This document shows, piece after piece, positions 21,138 to 25,248 of a stretch of DNA of 25,248 bases (its first letter is position 1; each line of letters opens with the position of its first letter). Under the pieces are notes generated by a model, which saw nothing but the letters and a program-made list of their open reading frames with translations, made no database searches and was not told where the DNA came from. This DNA is from a virus (taxonomy: Duplodnaviria; Heunggongvirae; Uroviricota; Caudoviricetes): positions 1 to 25,248 of the IMG/VR virus record IMGVR_UViG_2700989400_000006. One strand, 5' to 3'. A program made the translations under genes and the position numbers.

Positions 21138-23609
21138 ATGAGTAAAGTCTTTATTTGCGCCGCCATTCCGGACGAACAGGCAATAAAGGAAGAAGGTGCA
21201 GTCGCTGTAGCCACTGCCATTGAAGCCGGCGACGAACGCCGCGCCCGAGCCAAATTTACCTGGCAATTCCTGGAGCAATATCCGGCTGCTCAGGACTGCG
21301 CTTATAAATTTCTTGTCTGCGAGGATAAACCCGGCATGCCCCGCCCTGCCATCGACTCCTGGGATACCGAATATATGCTGGAAAACCGCTGGGATGAGGA
21401 AGGCGCTTCCTTTGTCCCGGTCGAACCAGAATCCGATCCGATGAACGTCAATTTTGACAAGCTGTCCCCTGAAGTACAGAACGCGGTCCTGGTTAAGTTC
21501 GACACATGTGAAAACATCACCGTTGATATGGTTATTAGCGCACAGGAATTGTTGCAGGAAGACATGGCAACATTCGACGGACATATCGTTGAAGCGTTGA
21601 TGAAAATGCCAGAAGTTAACGCCATGTATCCGGAGCTTAAGTTGCACGCCATTGGGTGGGTTAAGCATAAATGTATTCCTGGTGCTAAATGGCCCGAAAT
21701 TCAGGCAGAGATGCGCATCTGGAAAAAACGTCGCGAAGGTGAACGCAAGGAAACCGGAAAATACACGTCTGTTGTTGATCTCGCCCGCGCCAGAGCCAAT
21801 CAACAGTACACTGACAATTCAACAGGAAAAATCAGCCCGGTCATTGCTGCCACTCATCGCGAATACAAGCAGACATGGAAAACACTGGATGACGAACTGG
21901 CCTACGCTCTCTGGCCTGGTGATGTGGATGCCGGAAACATTGACGGCAGCATCCATCGCTGGGCAAAAAATGAAGTTATCGACAACGACCGCGAAGACTG
22001 GAAGCGTATCTCGGCATCAATGCGCAAACAGCCTGATGCCCTTCGCTACGACCGCCAGACTATTTTTGGCCTTGTCCGTGAACGTCCGATCGACATTCAC
22101 AAAGACCCTGTGACACTGAACAAATACATTACTGAATACCTGACTACAAAGGGCGTGTTTGAAGATGAAGGAAGAAATCAGAGCGCAACTGATACTCTCT
22201 CGTCGCCAGTACCAGAAACTGATGCAGTGGAAACGGCAATTCCGGACAACGAAAAAACCGAATGCAAAGTGGAAGTCGAACCATCTGTAGAGCGTGAGGG
22301 GCCGTTCTACTTCCTCTTCACCGACAAGGATGGCGAAAAATATGGTCGCGCAAACAAACTTTCTGGTCTGAATAAGGCGCTGACTGCAGGGGCTACTGAA
22401 ATCACGAAAGAAGAATATTTTGCCCGTAAAAACGGTACATACTCAGGTTCACAACAAAATACTGGTGCATCTGACACGACCGCACAACCAGAGCCGGTAA
22501 AAGTTACCGCTGACGAAGTAAACAAAATTATGCAGGCAGCCAATATCAGCCAGCCTGACGCCGATAAGTTGCTTGCTGTATCACGTGGTGAATTTGTTGC
22601 AGGGATTAGCGACCCGAATGATCCGAAATGGGTGAAGGGGATTGAAACCCGCGATTCAGTGAATCAGAACCAGCAAGAAACGGAACAGAACGACCAGAAA
22701 GCAGAACAAAACAGCCCAAATGCGTTACAAAACGAGCCAGAAACGAAACAACCTGAGCCAGTAGCGCAACAGGAAGCGGAAAAAGTCTGCACCGCATGCG
22801 GTCAGACCGGCGGCGGCAACTGCCCTGATTGTGGTGCGGTGATGGGCGACGCAACATACCAGGAAACATTCGATGAAGAGAATCAGGTTGAAGTTCAGGA
22901 AAATGATCCGGAGGAAATGGAAGGCGCTGAACATCCACACAAGGAGAATGCTGGCAGCGCTCAGGACCACGCCAGCAATAATGAAACTGGCGAGACGGCA
23001 GATCCCTTAATTGCGGTGAACGGTCATCACGTTATCACATCCACCAGCAGGACGTGTGACCATCTAATGATCGACCTTGAAACCATGGGAAAAAATCCTG
23101 ATGCCCCGATTATCTCAATAGGTGCAATATTTTTCGATCCGCAAACCGGAGATATGGGACCGGAATTTAGTAAGACTATCGATCTGGAAACTGCTGGCGG
23201 AGTCATTGATCGGGACACCATTAAATGGTGGCTTAAGCAATCACGCGAAGCGCAATCTGCCATTATGACCGATGAAATCCCGTTAGATGATGCACTGTTA
23301 CAATTGCGGGAATTTATCGACGAAAACTCCGGTGAATTTTTTGTTCAGGTCTGGGGAAATGGAGCCAACTTCGACAACACGATTTTGCGCCGTTCATACG
23401 AACGGCAGGGGATCCCCTGCCCGTGGCGTTACTACAACGATCGCGATGTACGCACAATCGTTGAGCTGGGGAAAGCCATAGACTTCGATGCCAGAACGGC
23501 TATTCCATTCGAAGGTGAGCGCCATAATGCACTTGATGACGCCCGTTACCAGGCAAAATACGTTTCAGTTATCTGGCAAAAACTGATCCCGAGTCAGGCT
23601 GATTCTTAA
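21138..23609 (+). CDS. Large phage exonuclease (823 aa) with central CxxC-CxxC zinc ribbon and C-terminal DEDDh-type 3'-5' exonuclease domain
   Basis: C-terminal motifs MIDLETMG (Exo I), WGNGANFDNTIL (Exo II) and HNALDDARYQAKY (Exo III, His type); central CTACGQTGGGNCPDCG; acidic/Gln-rich linker before it. The antisense ORF 21111..21803 is rejected. Confidence 0.75.
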   Translation: MSKVFICAAIPDEQAIKEEGAVAVATAIEAGDERRARAKFTWQFLEQYPAAQDCAYKFLVCEDKPGMPRPAIDSWDTEYMLENRWDEEGASFVPVEPESDPMNVNFDKLSPEVQNAVLVKFDTCENITVDMVISAQELLQEDMATFDGHIVEALMKMPEVNAMYPELKLHAIGWVKHKCIPGAKWPEIQAEMRIWKKRREGERKETGKYTSVVDLARARANQQYTDNSTGKISPVIAATHREYKQTWKTLDDELAYALWPGDVDAGNIDGSIHRWAKNEVIDNDREDWKRISASMRKQPDALRYDRQTIFGLVRERPIDIHKDPVTLNKYITEYLTTKGVFEDEGRNQSATDTLSSPVPETDAVETAIPDNEKTECKVEVEPSVEREGPFYFLFTDKDGEKYGRANKLSGLNKALTAGATEITKEEYFARKNGTYSGSQQNTGASDTTAQPEPVKVTADEVNKIMQAANISQPDADKLLAVSRGEFVAGISDPNDPKWVKGIETRDSVNQNQQETEQNDQKAEQNSPNALQNEPETKQPEPVAQQEAEKVCTACGQTGGGNCPDCGAVMGDATYQETFDEENQVEVQENDPEEMEGAEHPHKENAGSAQDHASNNETGETADPLIAVNGHHVITSTSRTCDHLMIDLETMGKNPDAPIISIGAIFFDPQTGDMGPEFSKTIDLETAGGVIDRDTIKWWLKQSREAQSAIMTDEIPLDDALLQLREFIDENSGEFFVQVWGNGANFDNTILRRSYERQGIPCPWRYYNDRDVRTIVELGKAIDFDARTAIPFEGERHNALDDARYQAKYVSVIWQKLIPSQADS

Positions 23610-23681
23610 TGTTCAACTGTCGCCGGTTGTGACTGGTATTCTGCAACCGGCGCTCGTCTGATGTAAGAGATAAAGAAATCG

Positions 23682-23933
23682 ATGAGCGAAGTAATCATGA
23701 TTGTCTCTCCCGGCAAATGGGTATCCGAAGAGCAGTTAATTGCGCTGAAAGGAATAAAAAAAGGTACGTTAAAAAAGGCCCGGGAAAAATCGTTTATGGA
23801 AGGAAGGGAATATAAGCATGTCGCTCATGACGGTATGCCATGGGATAACAGTCCATGCTTTTACAACCTGGAAGAAATTGATCGCTGGATTGAGCGCCAG
23901 GCATCAGCGAGACCAAGACGTCATCTTACTTGA
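23682..23933 (+). CDS. Excisionase-like / small DNA-binding protein upstream of int
   Basis: 83-aa ORF directly upstream of and co-oriented with the integrase gene; no sequence check possible. Confidence 0.45.
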   Translation: MSEVIMIVSPGKWVSEEQLIALKGIKKGTLKKAREKSFMEGREYKHVAHDGMPWDNSPCFYNLEEIDRWIERQASARPRRHLT

Positions 23934-23952
23934 CTAAAAGCCACACTAACTA

Positions 23953-25248
23953 ATGAGAGAAGTTGAAATGAAATATCCGACAGGCGTGGAAAACCATGGA
24001 GGGAAATTACGTATCTGGTTTGTTTATAAAGGCGTAAGAGTCAGGGAAAATCTGGGGGTTCCTGACACAGCAAAAAACAGGCGCGTTGCAGGTGAACTAC
24101 GCTCCTCTGTTTGTTACGCAATAAAAACTGGTGTTTTCGACTATGCAAAACAGTTTCCCTCCTCACGCAATCTGGAAAAATTTGGTGAGGCCCGACAAGA
24201 TTTAACCATAAAAGAACTGGCTGAAAAATTTCTGGCACTGAAAGAAACTGAAGTCGCCAAAGCATCACTCAACACATACCGTGCCGTCATCAAAAATATC
24301 CTGAGCATAATCGGTGAAAAAAATCTTGCCTCATCGATTAATAAAGAAAAATTACTGGAGGTTCGTAAAGAGCTACTGACTGGATACCAGATCCCCAAAA
24401 GTAACTATATTGTTACACAACCAGGGAGATCGGCTGTAACTGTAAATAATTACATGACAAATCTTAACGCCGTGTTCCAGTTTGGTGTTGATAACGGTTA
24501 CCTGGCAGATAATCCGTTTAAGGGGATCTCGCCATTAAAGGAATCAAGAACCATTCCTGATCCTCTTTCACGGGAGGAATTTATCCGTCTTATCGACGCC
24601 TGCAGAAATCAGCAGGCCAAAAATTTATGGTGTGTTTCTGTTTATACAGGCATTCGCCCTGGTGAACTGTGTGCGCTTGGGTGGGAGGACATAGATCTGA
24701 AAAATGGAACAATGATGATCAGGAGAAATTTAGCAAAAGATCGTTTTACGGTACCGAAAACACAGGCTGGTACCAATCGGGTAATTCACCTTATCAAGCC
24801 TGCAATCGACGCTCTCAGGAGTCAGATGACACTAACGAGGCTGAGCAAAGAACATATTATTGACGTTCACCTCAGAGAGTTCGGCAGAACAGAAAAACAA
24901 AAATGCACCTTTGTTTTTCAACCTGAAGTGTCAGCGAGAGTAAAAAATTATGGTGACCATTTTACCGTTGACTCAATAAGGCAGATGTGGGACGCAGCGA
25001 TAAAGCGCGCTGGCCTCCGCCACCGCAAATCATATCAGTCGAGACATACTTATGCCTGCTGGTCGTTGACAGCCGGTGCCAACCCGGCATTCATAGCAAA
25101 CCAGATGGGACATGCAGATGCGCAAATGGTGTTTCAGGTATACGGGAAATGGATGTCTGAAAACAATAATGCACAGGTAGCCCTGTTAAATACACAGCTA
25201 AGCGAGTTTGCCCCAACCATGCCCCAAAACGAGGTGGTGAAAAATTAA
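23953..25248 (+). CDS. Tyrosine recombinase (phage integrase)
   Basis: 431-aa ORF whose stop codon is the last three bases of the window. The C-terminal domain carries the conserved Arg (TGIRPGELCAL), the H-x-x-R box (SRHTYACWSL) and a candidate catalytic Tyr (VFQVYGKW). The start may be the downstream ATG at 23968 (MKYPTG...). Confidence 0.9.
   Translation: MREVEMKYPTGVENHGGKLRIWFVYKGVRVRENLGVPDTAKNRRVAGELRSSVCYAIKTGVFDYAKQFPSSRNLEKFGEARQDLTIKELAEKFLALKETEVAKASLNTYRAVIKNILSIIGEKNLASSINKEKLLEVRKELLTGYQIPKSNYIVTQPGRSAVTVNNYMTNLNAVFQFGVDNGYLADNPFKGISPLKESRTIPDPLSREEFIRLIDACRNQQAKNLWCVSVYTGIRPGELCALGWEDIDLKNGTMMIRRNLAKDRFTVPKTQAGTNRVIHLIKPAIDALRSQMTLTRLSKEHIIDVHLREFGRTEKQKCTFVFQPEVSARVKNYGDHFTVDSIRQMWDAAIKRAGLRHRKSYQSRHTYACWSLTAGANPAFIANQMGHADAQMVFQVYGKWMSENNNAQVALLNTQLSEFAPTMPQNEVVKN

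Larger units (their letters stand above)
1..25248. mobile_element. Lambdoid prophage segment (packaging arm start through immunity region to integrase); both prophage ends lie outside the window
   Basis: Contiguous phage gene content across the whole window: terminase, cos, lysis cassette, Q-like gene, RusA, replication genes, repressor/Cro pair, DicF/DicB, exonuclease, excisionase, integrase. Confidence 0.9.

Noticed and set aside
21111-21803. 230-aa minus-strand ORF from the track
   Set aside because: Antisense shadow of the 823-aa exonuclease gene; other long antisense ORFs inside this gene (21302..21652, 22606..22938, 22725..22970) are rejected for the same reason.

Overview
This 25.2-kb window lies entirely inside a lambdoid prophage of an enterobacterial (E. 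coli-like) genome. The minus strand carries the start of the packaging arm (lambda-type terminase large subunit, Nu1-like small subunit, a cosN 12-mer identical to lambda as I recall it), the end of the late operon (GH108-type endolysin with holin-like membrane proteins, a TerB-like protein, an N6/N4 DNA methyltransferase, an AT-rich membrane-protein moron), a Q-like antiterminator followed directly by a pR'-like promoter and tR'-like terminator, a nin-like block (RusA, DUF968/YdfU-like), a hok-type type I toxin locus, replication genes with phased iteron clusters, and a Cro-like/YdaT-like pair. The plus strand carries bor and a YbcV-like moron, a DicA/RacR-type repressor, the DicF sRNA, DicB, a YdfD-like protein, a large exonuclease, an excisionase-like protein and a tyrosine integrase ending at the window edge. 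The standout element is a strongly AT-rich, translationally coupled three-gene operon (12995-15997, minus strand; proteins of about 363, 415 and 218 aa) between the replication module and the hok locus, with its own upstream regulatory region and an intrinsic terminator. I could not assign any of its three proteins to a family I recognise; its position, composition and organisation make it the best candidate for a previously undescribed phage-defence or exclusion cassette. Function is inferred from context only. No rRNA, tRNA or CRISPR array was seen. All homology statements are from reading the translations against memory, not from searches.
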